Below are positions 1 through 12,505 of a stretch of 64,000 nt of DNA, in pieces. The position numbers and the translations under genes are program-made. Positions within the stretch are counted from its first letter, which is position 1; each line of letters opens with the position of its first letter. The stretch comes from Hydrolagus colliei (Eukaryota): the NCBI GenBank assembly GCA_035084275.1, contig CM068750.1, forward strand, positions 11,842,001-11,906,000. The letters run 5' to 3'. The notes under the pieces were generated by a model that was not told the origin of the DNA, did not search any database, and saw only the letters and a list, made by a program, of their open reading frames with translations.

Positions 1-752
1 TAATTGTTATCACTTATTCCTCATATAATATTATCTTTTTATCATATTATCTACTGCTGTGTTTATGCTGCTATAAGCAGAACCTGGTTTGTATTTGCTG
101 CTGTTCTTTCCATTTCGTCGCCGATGTCAGAAAAACTAAATCCAGTGTCAGAGTTCTACATACGCTCAATACAAATGTCAAAACTGGGTTCATTTAAACT
201 TCTTGGGCAGTGGATCAGCTGAGAATATTCAGTGTACCACAGGGGAGTGAGCCAAGTGCAATTCACATCTGCTATGTTTATACAGCAATGAGTGTAAATC
301 ATACAGCTCCTGAAACCAACCCCTCCAGGTCATGTCTAATGCATGCTGACTTATACTCAACTTATACTGCATAGATACCAGTAAATTGCAGCTATAATTC
401 AACACCAAAAAGTGAAGCATAAAACTGCATATGAGAACACCATTGTCATCGAATCAGCAGGAATATTCCCACAAAGAGGCTTCAACTCAACCTCAGAAAA
501 GTGCCCTTCTCCATTCTCTATCTCTTTTTAGATTTTAACCTTTTAGAGTTGTTCCTATTCAATCATACAAAATATAAACCAGGTTTCATGTCAGTAATCG
601 AGGAGATTGAGACTGTCAGAAATCAACTTGCCTGTGGTACTTAATGATTATCAGTGAAAAAACACTTTTATGTTCTTGTCCCTGAGCCAGAATGTAGTTT
701 GAGTCTCATAGGTTTTAGGGATTTGATTAATACTGTATCAGTATTACTTGTG

Positions 753-1168
753 TGTCAGCCTGGCTCAGTTGCTGGCACCATCGTCTCTGAGTCAGAAGGT
801 TGTGGGTTCAAGCCCCATGTCTTGGCTGACACTCCAAAGCAGTCCTGGGTGGAAGCCGCGTTGTTGGAAGTGTCATGCTTCAGATCAGATGTTAAACTGA
901 GGTGACTTCTACCTTTTCAGGAGGGTGTTAAAAATCCCATAGCACTAGTCGAAAAGACATGGAAACTTCTCTTGGTCAACAATTCCCCTAAATAAAATAT
1001 GTTTACAGTATTTGCTTCTTGGCTGTTTGTGGGTCATTGCTGGCTGTTGCATTTGCCTGCAAAATGCACAGTTACTATGCTTTACAGTACAGTATATTTA
1101 ACCTATGATGTGCTTTGAGATGCTATGTGAAAGGCTCTGCATCAAATGCAAGAATTGTTCACTATTAC
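753..1168 (+). mobile_element. Deu-domain tRNA-derived SINE (SacSINE1/AmnSINE-like) with L2-type tail
   Basis: A-box TGGCTCAGTTG, B-box GGTTCAAGCCC, Deu-like core (gctgacactcc…gatgttaaactgagg…aaaaatcccatagcacta), tail gctttgagatg…atcaaatgcaag. Confidence 0.75.
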
Positions 1169-3142
1169 TGGTTTAGCTAACATCCATGGAATTCAAAATA
1201 CATTTCACTTGCTACCAGGAAGAAAACAAAAATAGTTGGTCAGAAAGAGATTTATAGTTGTGAGTACCTCTGGGAAATGTCTGAAATATCAATGTAACTA
1301 TCTGACAAAGGGAATAAAAGCAGAATCCTTAAATGTAGGATTGGATTTTGTAGATAATTTCCTTTAAATCTTGTATTTGGGATAAGATCTTCAACCAAGT
1401 TTGAGCTCCTTGCCAATTCTGGAAGGAAAAAGACAGACCACTTTTGAATGTGCATCAAATTTCTTTAACTAAATGCCATAATCTGCTGCAACACATTTGT
1501 AATTGTTACTGATGTAATTTACACATGAAAGCCAACGTTAAAGTTACACTTCACATTGGATATATTTGGCCAAGATTCTCTGCAAGGCAAATATTTAAAT
1601 GACAGTACAGGAGGATGGTGGATTCTCAGGCAAGGGGTAAATAAACAGCATCATCACTGGTCGTGCACCCAGGCAGAGACAGCTAATATTGCCACAATAA
1701 AGCTACAAAAATATAAACAACTGTTTCTTTACCATAATATTAAACTGACAAAAATGTATGTTCTACTTTAGCAAAAAATACTTCCGTACATGTATTTAAG
1801 TCTGCTAACACCCAGTTGTATATTAATAAATCCCTTGCATAATACGCAATGAAGACCTTTCATAAGAGTTGTTTCTTATAATCCTTTAGCCAGGAAGACA
1901 GCTGCAAATGCTATTATAATAGACTAAATTTATCAATTGAAATATAGAAGACTGTGAACATAAGAATTTTCACTAAGTTTGTGAATTGATTTTTGTCAGT
2001 TTTTTTAATAAAGACTTTCTGAACAGTGTTTCCACAATTCATCTTTTGTCAAACTTGACACCAGATGGATAGTTCTGATTTGACTATTATGATCAGTTAG
2101 CATCACTGATTACAACACAACTAAAATCTGGATCACTAGCATGCTGCAATTATCCAGTTAGAGAGAAGAAAAGGTCATGAAGCAAAATCATGCAAATTAA
2201 ACCATTGTATAGAAATAATTAGTAACATATTTAAAGAGGGAGTTGTGTGATTTATGCTATGGCCACTGTGTTTGTGTAAACACAAAATTGCTGTATTGTG
2301 GTTTATTATCTCACTTACCGCTGCCTTGACCCCAGTCATCATAAATTGAGGAATAGTGGGGATGTAATGGAGACAGATGGGAATATGGCATGCCATTTAC
2401 TGAAATTGGTAAAGTAATTAACCTCGAGGTGCTGGCTTGCAAGAAAAAAATGTTAGAATATCTCAAGGTGCCGAATAAACAGACTTATGCTTTAACCAGT
2501 TCTGACAACTGCATCATAAACTAGACTCATTCAGCTGAATTGACCTGTCAACTTCTCAAGACCAAATAAAGATTTGTAATAAAATGTTCAAGCATAGAAG
2601 TGTGAAAACAGTGCAATTTCTTTCAAGTGGTTTACTGTTTGTACCAGATTGGAGTGAGCATGATATATATTCTGTCTATTGTTGTTATATTCTTAAAAAT
2701 GTTCAGTTTTGGGTGATTGTGTGACAGCTTTGATACAACAGATGGTAGTTAGTTGGCTGGAGAGGAAGGAATGGAAAGCAAGGTCCGGGTTGCCCAAGCT
2801 CATTTAGAACTGAAGTGGACATGAGCCAGATCTGTATTTTCTTATCTAGGGAATTCTTGTAATTCAGTAAAGACTTGCGATTCTCAAACTGGCAAATAGT
2901 GGATTGAATTATCTTTAAATTGTTAGATTTGGTGAAAATTGCTGATGCATCAGAAAACAATATTGACTTGCGATACATTACAAAGCAGAGATTTACAATT
3001 ACCTGCAGTTTACATATCTATGTAATGGAGGTAGTTGTTTAGGCAATGGGCAGTTAAATTAATTGCTACAAATATAAAGCCTTTACTTTACAGTAAAATT
3101 TGTACGGAAACTGAAGCCCTTTGAGTCATCTCGATGATGTGA

Positions 3143-3375
3143 TAACAACAACAACAAAATTACATTTATAGAGCGTCTTTCATGTCGGGAGGAAGTCCCA
3201 AGGCGCTGAACAGTTAGGAGTCGGGACCCCATGCATGGGGGAGAGGAAGGGTAGGGGGAGGGAGTGGCGGGACAGAGGTTGGAGGGCAGCAGAAGGCAGG
3301 ATCGAAAAGGAGGGTCTTGAGACCAGCCTCGAAGGAGGCAAGGGAGGAAGCGAGGCGAAGGGACTATGAGCTGGA
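3143..3375 (-). mobile_element. L2 LINE 3' end, 5'-truncated
   Basis: (CAA)n on + strand, then the reverse complement of the L2 terminal stem-loop and the ORF2 C-terminal LKTLLFD-type motif. Confidence 0.9.
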
Positions 3376-3400
3376 CATCAAGATGAGACCCCCTACCTTG

Positions 3401-4070
3401 GGCATCGAGTCCTGGATGAGGGTCAACTTTCTCCAGCTGAACATCAGCAAGACTGAGGCCCTCCTGATTAGCATGCAACAGCGCCCCCTACCTTGGGCAC
3501 TGACAACATCAGCATCCACAGTTGCACATTCCATCTCTTGAAGCCAGTCAGGAACCTGGCTGCCTTGTTTGACCCTGAACTGTCCTTTCTCCCACACATC
3601 CGTGCCATGGCCAGCACTTCCACCACCTCCAAAACATCGTCAGGCTCCGCCACAGCCTCACTCCTCAGGCTGCCAAAACTCACACCCATGCATTGTCACA
3701 TCTAGGCTTGACTATAGAAACTCCCTCCTCGTCGGCCTTCCCAGCTCTTCACTTCACAAGCTGCAGATCATCCAAAACTTGTGTCCTCTCCCGCACTAGG
3801 CTCTGTGATTCCATCACTCCCACTCTCTCTGCCCATACTCTGAAACTCCAATCCACAGTTCCTTCGCCTCTCTTGCTTCCTTGCCTCCTTGAAGGCCGGT
3901 CTCAAGACTCTCCTTTTCGATCGTGTCTTCAGCTGCCCTCCCACCTCTCTCCTTCCCCTCCCCCTACCCCACCCCTCCCCCATGCTTGGGTCCTGACCCC
4001 TGACTGTTCAGCACCTTGGGACGTCCTCCCAACATGAAAGACACTCTACAAATCTAATTTTGTAGTTGTT
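3401..4070 (+). mobile_element. Degenerate L2 LINE (late RT region to 3' end) with an internal deletion near 3830
   Basis: Frames give SWMRVNFLQLNISKTEALL, VRNLAALFDPELSF and VTSRLDYRNSLLVGLP. Ends ccttgggacgtcctcccaacatgaaag…ttgtagttgtt. Lacks the LHWLP…KALH segment present in the 57540 copy. Confidence 0.9.
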
Positions 4071-7000
4071 CTACCAACAGTTCAGTTTCTCTTGTGGTAA
4101 GGATTATAAACATAATCACCCTAGATGCAGACTTTAGGTCAATCCAAAGTGAACCAGGGAAAAACATGATAGTCCTGGTATCTTACTATCTCATTCATGA
4201 TTCCTTTTTATTATTTACTGCTTCACTATAAGTTATGGATTTAATGATGGCGATGCCTTGATACAGCATGTTGCAGCATTAGTTAGCACACTAGGCCCTG
4301 GATGGTGGGATACAGGTTCAATTACCCAGTGCTAATCTCAGTTTTGCACTTTGGAAGGGTGATGAGCGAATGACAGGCATGTTTCACAGGGAAGAAGGCT
4401 GAAAGCTAATAGACTATTATCAGAATGTGTCCTTGTGGAAGATTGTGGTATTTTTAATGTCTGTCATGTGTCACTATGTCTGGTGGCATATTAGTGCATT
4501 TTTATATTGCAACAAACAGTAGTATTAATCAACAATGTAGAATTTAGACTACATCTGCTTGTAGCTGGATTTATTTGCTTTCTGCATGTGAATTCTGTAA
4601 ACATCAGTTTGGAAACTTGTAAGCAGAACGGAATCAATTCAGCACTCAAGTGACTCTTCACATGATGCGCACTAACTTATCTCAGTGCAGTTTCCCATAA
4701 GTACATTAACCGTTTGCTAACATGAATTTAAAGACACTTTACCCCAGGAACGTGAACTTCGAGGCACATTTTATGATAGTTCAGCATGGAGTAAAAATAT
4801 TGAAAAATGTAACCACATTGGATTTGTAGTATGATAGGACAACTCGGATGTTATTAAGATTGTGACTAGGATTATTTCTCAGCACTGGTTTGAGAATGCT
4901 GCATACGTATGTTTTTCACAGTTACCTCATACAAACACCTTTCAATGGATGAACATTTTTACTGGACAATTGCATTTGTTGTATCGATCCTCTTGATATT
5001 CAATGAGAAGTTTGTGGTGCAGTTTAATTCATTTCTGGATTCCTCTTGTTTCACCAAGAGCGGTACAAATAAGAGATGATGGAGGCTAGCTATGTGGTTG
5101 CTGCAAAATGACATCCACATTGAAAAGGTTAGCGATGCCAGTGATAGCAGTTTTTTTTACTAGGAAATAATAGCGTAAGTATATATTATCAAAACTGTTC
5201 AAATCTAGTCATGCAAAACATGAGAAAATGTAAACAAATGGCGAGATCCAATTCCAGATAGAAGAAACTGAATGAAGGGAGTTGATAGGCAGCAAACTTC
5301 GATTTGCTATTTTTCTTTAGCTTCGTACCCATCTTTATAAATCTATAAATACTACATGGATTTGAAAAGAAATCGGTGGCAGTGACAGCCATCCTTGCAT
5401 TAAAGGAATGATTACAAAGGTTGTGTGACTTTTTAAACAGTACTCTAGTGACTGTATTCTATTGCATGACTTCAGACATGAAAATTCTCTCCGTACTACA
5501 GGAAATGCAGCCATTATACAGAAATTAATTTAGTCTAAGAAGGTCACATGACATATTGTACAGTTAAAAAAAGACCAAATGTGGATAAAAATTAGCTCAT
5601 CTGATTTTAATACGAAAATAATTTCCTCTGTGAGAATCTTGAGTTCTTCACAGCACCTGATACATGGAAACAGATTGGTTTTGTAAGATGAATGTGGACC
5701 TCTCTGAATATTTTGGATATGTTTAAGACGCATTAAGGAATTAGAAACATCATACAGTATATAGAATGGGATAAAATATGAATTAATCTATTGCAAGAAT
5801 GAATAGTGTGTTTGTACTTTAAGATTTGCATCAGCGGAATATGGATAAAGCTCATAATAGGTGCTGTTTAAATAACCATTGAAACAGCTAGTAGTTTGTC
5901 TGATTTGGGCGGCTGGTTCTAGCAGTACAACCAACAATCAGACATTTCACTAAAATGATCTCAGCATTCATAAACTGATTTTTCGTCTCCTGTTTGCCGA
6001 GTGAATTCTTCATACTGAAAGCAAGTCCAGATATTAATTTGGCACCTGCATACATCAAATTAATTAATGAGTCTTGTGCAGTGCTCCTAGGCTAACTTTT
6101 TACAATGACTTTGTTTGCAAAAGTGTGATTAACCTGTCCCACAACAATAGGTTGATGCCAGTACACATTATACAGATGGAAGATGAGGAAACATATTTAA
6201 ATTGTTATTTTCATAGCAGATATATTGTATGCTTGACATTCAATTTATGTAGAAACGAAGGTAATTTATTGTGCTGTAACCTTGTTAATGGTACGAAGGT
6301 TGTGTGGGGGGTTTCTCTTAACACATTCCAAATCCCAAGGTCTAAAACAGAAATCTAGCAAACATTTAGCTCTCAATAATGAAACCCACCATGGTTTGAG
6401 TGGGAGTGAGTTAATTAAGAACTACCTTTCACAAATAAAAGTTCACTGAAGCAGCGCCTCATTAAGTTTAAAAATACATTTCCTGATGAGCATTGAAAAC
6501 GTGTTTGTGCAATTTTGATAAAAACCTATTAATTTTTTTATTTAAAGCTGTAATGCTCTACAAATTAAGAATCTTTGGTGCACTAAAATTCATGTTGGGA
6601 ACATAATCGATTTGCATACATGCGGTGTTCACAAATTATGCTGATATTGATCCTGCACTAGCAGTTTGTTCCAACCACAGAGTCAGGAACTAGTATTATA
6701 GGATTAATGATGCATAATTTGTAAACTCTAGGCATATGTGAGATCTCAATCTTTATATAAAAATATCTCAGGTGCAAACTGCTTACAAAGGCTATCTTGA
6801 TGCTTAACTGCTTAAGATCCAAATTTATTTGGCACTATATGTTCCAATGCAGATATTTCGCAATATTAAATGAAAGGAGAAAAGACAAAATAGTGGGGGA
6901 CATTAAAATTACATGAATGGGGATCTACAATATTTCTTTTCATCACTGAAAATCAATGTGAAAGTAATAATAAAATAACGAGAACTTCAAGACGGAATGA

Positions 7001-8060
7001 GGAGTGCTGTACAGGCTCAGTGATAGCTGGCACAGTGCCTGTTATGCCGAAGAATGAGTTTCAATACTGGCATCAACATTCAGGAGCAGGGAAAGATTCC
7101 AACCCCAAATTCAGTTCAATAGCAGCAAGACAAGGAGGAAATAAGTCGATGGTCTGCTCTAGGAATCTCTCCCAGATGGAAGATCTAACGTGACAGGTCT
7201 CCATGAGCTGATTTTTAACCTCACACATGCGAATGTCTGCTCTCAGTGACGAAACATAATAAATAATATTTTCTAACTGGTTTATGAGGCGAGCACTTTG
7301 CCTTGAAAGTTTTCCTTCCTCCCCAGAGTGTGATTTTCCTTTAAAGCTACCAATGGAATGGCTTTGTCTCTGGAGCCTCCATTTACACTTAATATAAATT
7401 TAAGAGGTAATTTGTGGAAAAACACAAGTGTCAATCCCTTAATTTTTCTTTAATACTTTAATCTTCTTGGGGACATAAGAGGTGGTTATCCATCTGGTGG
7501 TAATTTTAATGGCTACCTGAAGCCATGCAGACAATGGCCCAACTGGATGTAAAAGTGCATTGGCAGTAATATGCTGGTTTTCATTTCAAAAGTTATATTT
7601 TGTTGGATTAACAAAAATAATTAAGGCAATTATTGTGGAATGGATCTGAATAACTTTTACCAGACAGAAATTCCTGTATCATTACATGGGCTACTACATA
7701 GCTATAATGTTTAGTCATATTCAGATTTGGCTTTGTGTTTTTTTCACTGTTCAATATACTGTAATAACAAAATTGTGACAGCGCTATATTGATTCTAGAG
7801 GAAACATTAACCATTATGCAGAGGATTGTAAATCACTGTTGTGAACCATACTTTAGGTAGCACAACTGACACATCTCATTGCAACTAGCACATCATTTTT
7901 AGTGCACACTTAATGAATGTATATTTTGTACGTCCAATGGAGATGGTTGCATAGCTGGTGAAGGCTTTAGGCAGCACTGTTATTTACCACAATACTAATT
8001 TAAGCTTTCTGAACATTCAAGACTTTAGGGTATATGTTTTGCCATCTCTGGATCATAATC

Positions 8061-8130
8061 CCTGACTGTTCAGCACATTGGGACGTCATCCTGACATGAA
8101 ACGCGCTTTATAAATGTAATTTTGTATTTT
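8061..8130 (+). mobile_element. L2 3'-terminal fragment
   Basis: cctgactgttcagcacattgggacgtcatcctgacatgaaacgcgctttataaatgtaattttg matches the other L2 ends in the window. Confidence 0.8.
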
Positions 8131-8687
8131 ATCTGAAATTATTTGGATCTTAAATTTGATTTAGCTTTTGAATCTTGCCTTTGTTTTGTTTTTAGCTTCA
8201 TACAGTTGCTTTTAGCAGACCTTTTTAGGTATTCATTATTTGGGGGGCAATTCTGTGGGGTTTGACAAAGTTTCAAAACATCATCAGCTCTCTTCAGACA
8301 TCAAGTTCCACACAAATGATCTTTCTTCAGATGTTGGTAGCATTGTGTATGTAACCAAAAACGTTATTTGATAGTTCCAGAAGTGTTTGAGAATAATCCT
8401 GCAATGGAGAACCATAGCTGACTCTGAACTCCTTTGAACTCCATTTGCCACATTTACTGCTTTCATAGATGGTTTTGCAATATTTTGCTAGTTACTCTGC
8501 ATTATTATCCACAAAGAGTCTCCATGAGAGGTAAATTTGAATAATGGTGACTTGGTCAACAGTTTTACTCTCGGTGGACCTTGAGACTGAAAAAAGATTT
8601 TATCCTCTTAGTTCTAAATTAAATTAACATATAAGTGTTATACAATAACAAAAACTGCATAATCCATACCACTATGAAAGGAAATTA

Positions 8688-8900
8688 CAATAAAAGCCCG
8701 TTTATCCGGCACCCTCAGGACCTGGCCATTGCCGGTTAAAGTGCGTCCCGGATATTGGGCCGAAAACACAATATATATATACATAATATATAATGAATTT
8801 TTCCGGATAAATTCCGGTTAATCGAATGTGGACTTTATTTGATGTGCCGGTTATACGGAAGTTACAGTTGCTCGGGTGCTGGATAAATGGGCTTTTACTG
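8688..8900. mobile_element. Tc1/mariner (Tigger/pogo-like) MITE, 213 bp
   Basis: 27-bp terminal inverted repeats CA(A/G)TAAAAGCCC(G/A)TTTATCC(G/A)GCACCC with 3 mismatches, TA duplication at 8686-8687 and 8901-8902, and internal repeated CCGG(A/T)TA motifs. Confidence 0.9.
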
Positions 8901-8919
8901 TACCAATTTTATCTGCAGA

Positions 8920-8968
8920 ATTGTTGCCGAGGACACCAGAAGAAACTCCCTTTTCTTTTTAAAACAAT
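8920..8968 (-). mobile_element. Short Deu-SINE fragment
   Basis: gccgaggacaccagaagaaactcccttttcttttt resembles the equivalent part of the 27219-27530 copy. Confidence 0.45.
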
Positions 8969-9059
8969 TTAGGAGCATTAAGATGTTTGAAGGGGGCGAT
9001 ATAATTACAAGTTGTTGTTGTAGGTAGTGTCACGGAATCCTTAATGTTCACCTGAGCTG

Positions 9060-9162
9060 ACAGAGTGGGGAATGGAGGCTCGTGTGGAGTAATAAACACC
9101 AGTACCAACACGTTGGGCCGAATGGCCAGTTTCCTGCGGTAACCTTCTATGTAATTCTGTGT
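9060..9162 (+). mobile_element. CR1 LINE 3' end
   Basis: ggaggctcgtgtggag…ttgggccgaatggccagtttc…ttctatgtaattctgtg, a typical CR1 terminus. Confidence 0.7.
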
Positions 9163-11604
9163 GATGGTGTAACACGTACTTTGATGTTGAAAGGAAACTA
9201 GGTGGTACAGCTGGTGAAATTACTAATCTTAGACGTTCCTCCTCATGGATTTGGGACTGAATCAATGCCAAAGACGGAGCACTTTACTCTGATAGACAGC
9301 TGCTATGTAAGTTGTGCTTAGAAAGCTCAGTCCTGGTGGATACAACACTGAAACATGGGCTCAATAAACACATTTGAGGTGAGGGTTGTATTTGTATGCA
9401 GGTGGTGAGGTGAAATCTTTGCTTACCTATGGCTAATAGGGTATGTACGCCTTGGAGTTCAAGATAAATGAAGAATAAATTGTTTCGCAATTTTCAAGTA
9501 GTCACTGATTATGGAGGAATCAATGTGAAAGGCCTGGTGACATCCCATTTTTAAATGATAGAAATTATAGCCCATTTCTTGTAAATAGAGAAATGAACTG
9601 ATACAAAGATGTATCAGATCTTTGATTTGAATTTCTTATTTCGGGTGAAAACTATATTCAATCTCCTTCTGGATATAGATGTAGTAAATTAAAGATGTCA
9701 GAGGAATGGAGATTTGAAGGTAAACCTGCTTTGTTTGGGGTTTAAGTGACTGCACAATGACCAGTCATTTGGCCCTATCACAGCAGTTAGGTAACTGAAT
9801 TAATCTGAAGTAAAACACTGTGACCTGTCATGTAGTAAGATACCTGAACATCTGGCTGAGTTGTCCTTTACTGACAAGATAGTTTGTCCCATACGAATCG
9901 TTTGTCAATTATAGAAAGAAGGTAATGTGAGTAAATTAAGCCGTGGTTCGCAGTTAGCAAGGAAATTCTTGTCAAGTGAGCCAGCTGTGCCAACAACTTT
10001 ATCTGCTGTGGCATTAATCACCCACCTTCCTTGAAGCACTTTCACTTTCCCTAAAGGCTAAAAGATAAATCTGTCAGCAATCACAGCCATTTGCAGACAG
10101 CAGTGCCTGACTGTGTCTAAAGAACTACTATATTTTTCAAAAAAAATCTGTCTGTTATAAATTATGAATAATATTTGATTTTCTTTAGGAAAAGAGTCTT
10201 TCACTGTCGATAACTGTGTAAAATAGATTTTGTCCATAACGGTAACACGTAGCATTCTTCTTAATAATCTGGGAACAGCAGAATATATGTGCAAAAGAGA
10301 ATGGTGTCATAGTCATTGGAGAATCAATGTTATCAATCCTTCATCATGTCTAGTATATACATTAACAGGCAGTGCAAATGTAAAATACTGTAGTGGTAGG
10401 GGAGAGAAATTTGATTCCCCTTATAGCTGTCATTCAATGCTGTACGAAAACACAGAACATATTTTCTCGCCAAGCTACAATAATAACTGGTGATTAGTCA
10501 AGACTATGGGGAATTAATAGTGTAATGACGTATCAGTGACAGATGGGATATAAATTGGTTTGATTATGTTGCTGATTTTAAGTTTAATCTAGTTTTATTG
10601 GCCTGTATGCAGTTTAGATTTAATGTACAAAATCTTAGAATCTCCTACATGAGCTTTTCTCAGGGTCACAACAAATATCACTCAGTTTCTTCACTTAAAT
10701 CTACAGTATAAATGTAATCGTTTTGGAGCTTCCATTAACTATAATTTCTATTTGAACGCAATCCAGTGTTTTGTAATTTTGTTGTACCTTGCTTTCCGAC
10801 ATCACAGCCACTTTCTGGAGAAGTGTTTTCATCAACTTTGTCATGAAAACTGGACAAATATATTTGCTGCAAAGCTTTGCATTGAGTTCTGAAATTGAAT
10901 GTGTCTGAATTCTCTGTTGCAGAAGCACAAACAAAAACAACCATCACAAAATCTCCAAATGTACCTTGTCACTGGCAGAATGTAAATGTCACACACACAG
11001 TCACATTTAGGTATTGCTAAACCTTCAGAATATAGGAGGAATTCAAACAGAATTTTGTGTTGTGAAGAATAGAAAATTTAGTTTCTTTCAGCTTCATAGA
11101 ATACATCACACTTTGAAGAAAAAATCCATGTCCATACGATATTGATAAACGTGTGCTAGTTATTTTCTGAAGCTATTTAATTGAAAAAGATTACACAATT
11201 ACAAAAAAAGTTTTCGCTATGAAATAACTGTCTACAAATTAAAATGTATGTTTTGTTTTCAAGATAAATAAGATCTATAAGTTCATTAGGATTTCACGTT
11301 GTTCACTAGGTAAGAGAGCTAGGAACTAAGGATATTTCTCAGGAGTCTATTTACTATGTTCAGTGTGTACAGACATTTTTATTAAAATTATTATTATTTA
11401 TTAGTACTTCAAAGGGTTCGTATTGTCTTCCTGGAGACCCAGGTAGAACAGCAAGCAAAGCATAATTCAGCCTCTTTTAACTGCATTGATTATCAGTAAT
11501 AGTAAAAACCCAATATTCTTGTGGTACTTGAACCCACAAGTTCCTGATGCAAACTAGAGAAAGTAATAGGCACTTCTGAAAATATGCTTGCTGTAGATGG
11601 CATT

Positions 11605-11848
11605 TTAAACATGAGCTAGAATGATTGACAATTTCAGGACAGACACTTGGAAGTATATCTTTACTCAGAGTGTGATTGACGATTGGAACAGGTTACCAGG
11701 ATGAATGCGTAAAACTAGCATTCTGGGCTCATTTAAAAAAACAGCTTGAGGTTGTGACGGGAATGGGAGGTTGGATATTCTGGAAGGATGGGATTAAATG
11801 GGCCAAAGAAAGTCCTTTATCCTAACTTCTCTTGTAACCTTTGTGAAC
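11605..11848 (+). mobile_element. Degenerate CR1 LINE 3' fragment
   Basis: tttactcagagtgtgattgacgattggaacaggttacca encodes FTQSVIDDWNRLP (CR1 ORF2 C-terminal motif), followed by an atgggccaaa terminus. Confidence 0.7.
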
Positions 11849-12149
11849 AAGGTAGAAAGGAACAAGTTAGAAAGTTATCAGAGATCATATGTTATACACG
11901 ATCAAGAGATGGTAAAACATATTAAGCAGATTGTTCATATTAATTTTTACAAATTAAGTAGATACATGTCAGTTCCAGGCATTTTAGATCAAGAATATCC
12001 AACACAAGTAGTCATTCATGAATCATATTCAGTATTAGGGAGAAATTCAAATAATTTACCACCAAAGTTCCACAGCACCAGTTCCATATTCACACTAGTG
12101 TATTAATAAATGCCTTAGAGAAGAAAATTCTGTTAATATTTGCTGGTAA

Positions 12150-12320
12150 TAGCAAGCTATTTGTCTAATGTGATGAGAATAACTCGTGTTCACAATGATG
12201 TGGAATTAAGCAGATAGGCTAAGACTGACAGATGGGTTTAATGTAAATGTGGAGGTACTAATACATATGAAGAGGAAACAGTAAATGTGTACCAAGTGAA
12301 GGATGCTCAGAGCAGAGGTG
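12150..12320 (+). mobile_element. Possible highly decayed CR1 RT fragment
   Basis: gacagatgggtttaatgtaaatgtggaggta resembles the WQMxFNxxKCEV-coding motif. Confidence 0.3.
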
Positions 12321-12335
12321 AAGTAAAGTAATTAA

Positions 12336-12505
12336 TTATAATACTAATAATCCTTGCATTTGACATAGTGCCTTATTGCATATTTGAGATGTCTCAAAGC
12401 GCTTCACAGAATATAACATTAAGTGAATTGACCGTATATTTTGTGGGTGAAACGTGGCAGCCAATTGCACACTGCATTGCTCCACAAATAGTTGTAGTTT
12501 GAGTT
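12336..12505 (-). mobile_element. SINE 3' half (family A, ATT tail)
   Basis: taataatccttgcatttga…ctcaaagcgcttcacag…gtggcagccaattgc is the reverse complement of the tail of the 22148 copy. Confidence 0.85.
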
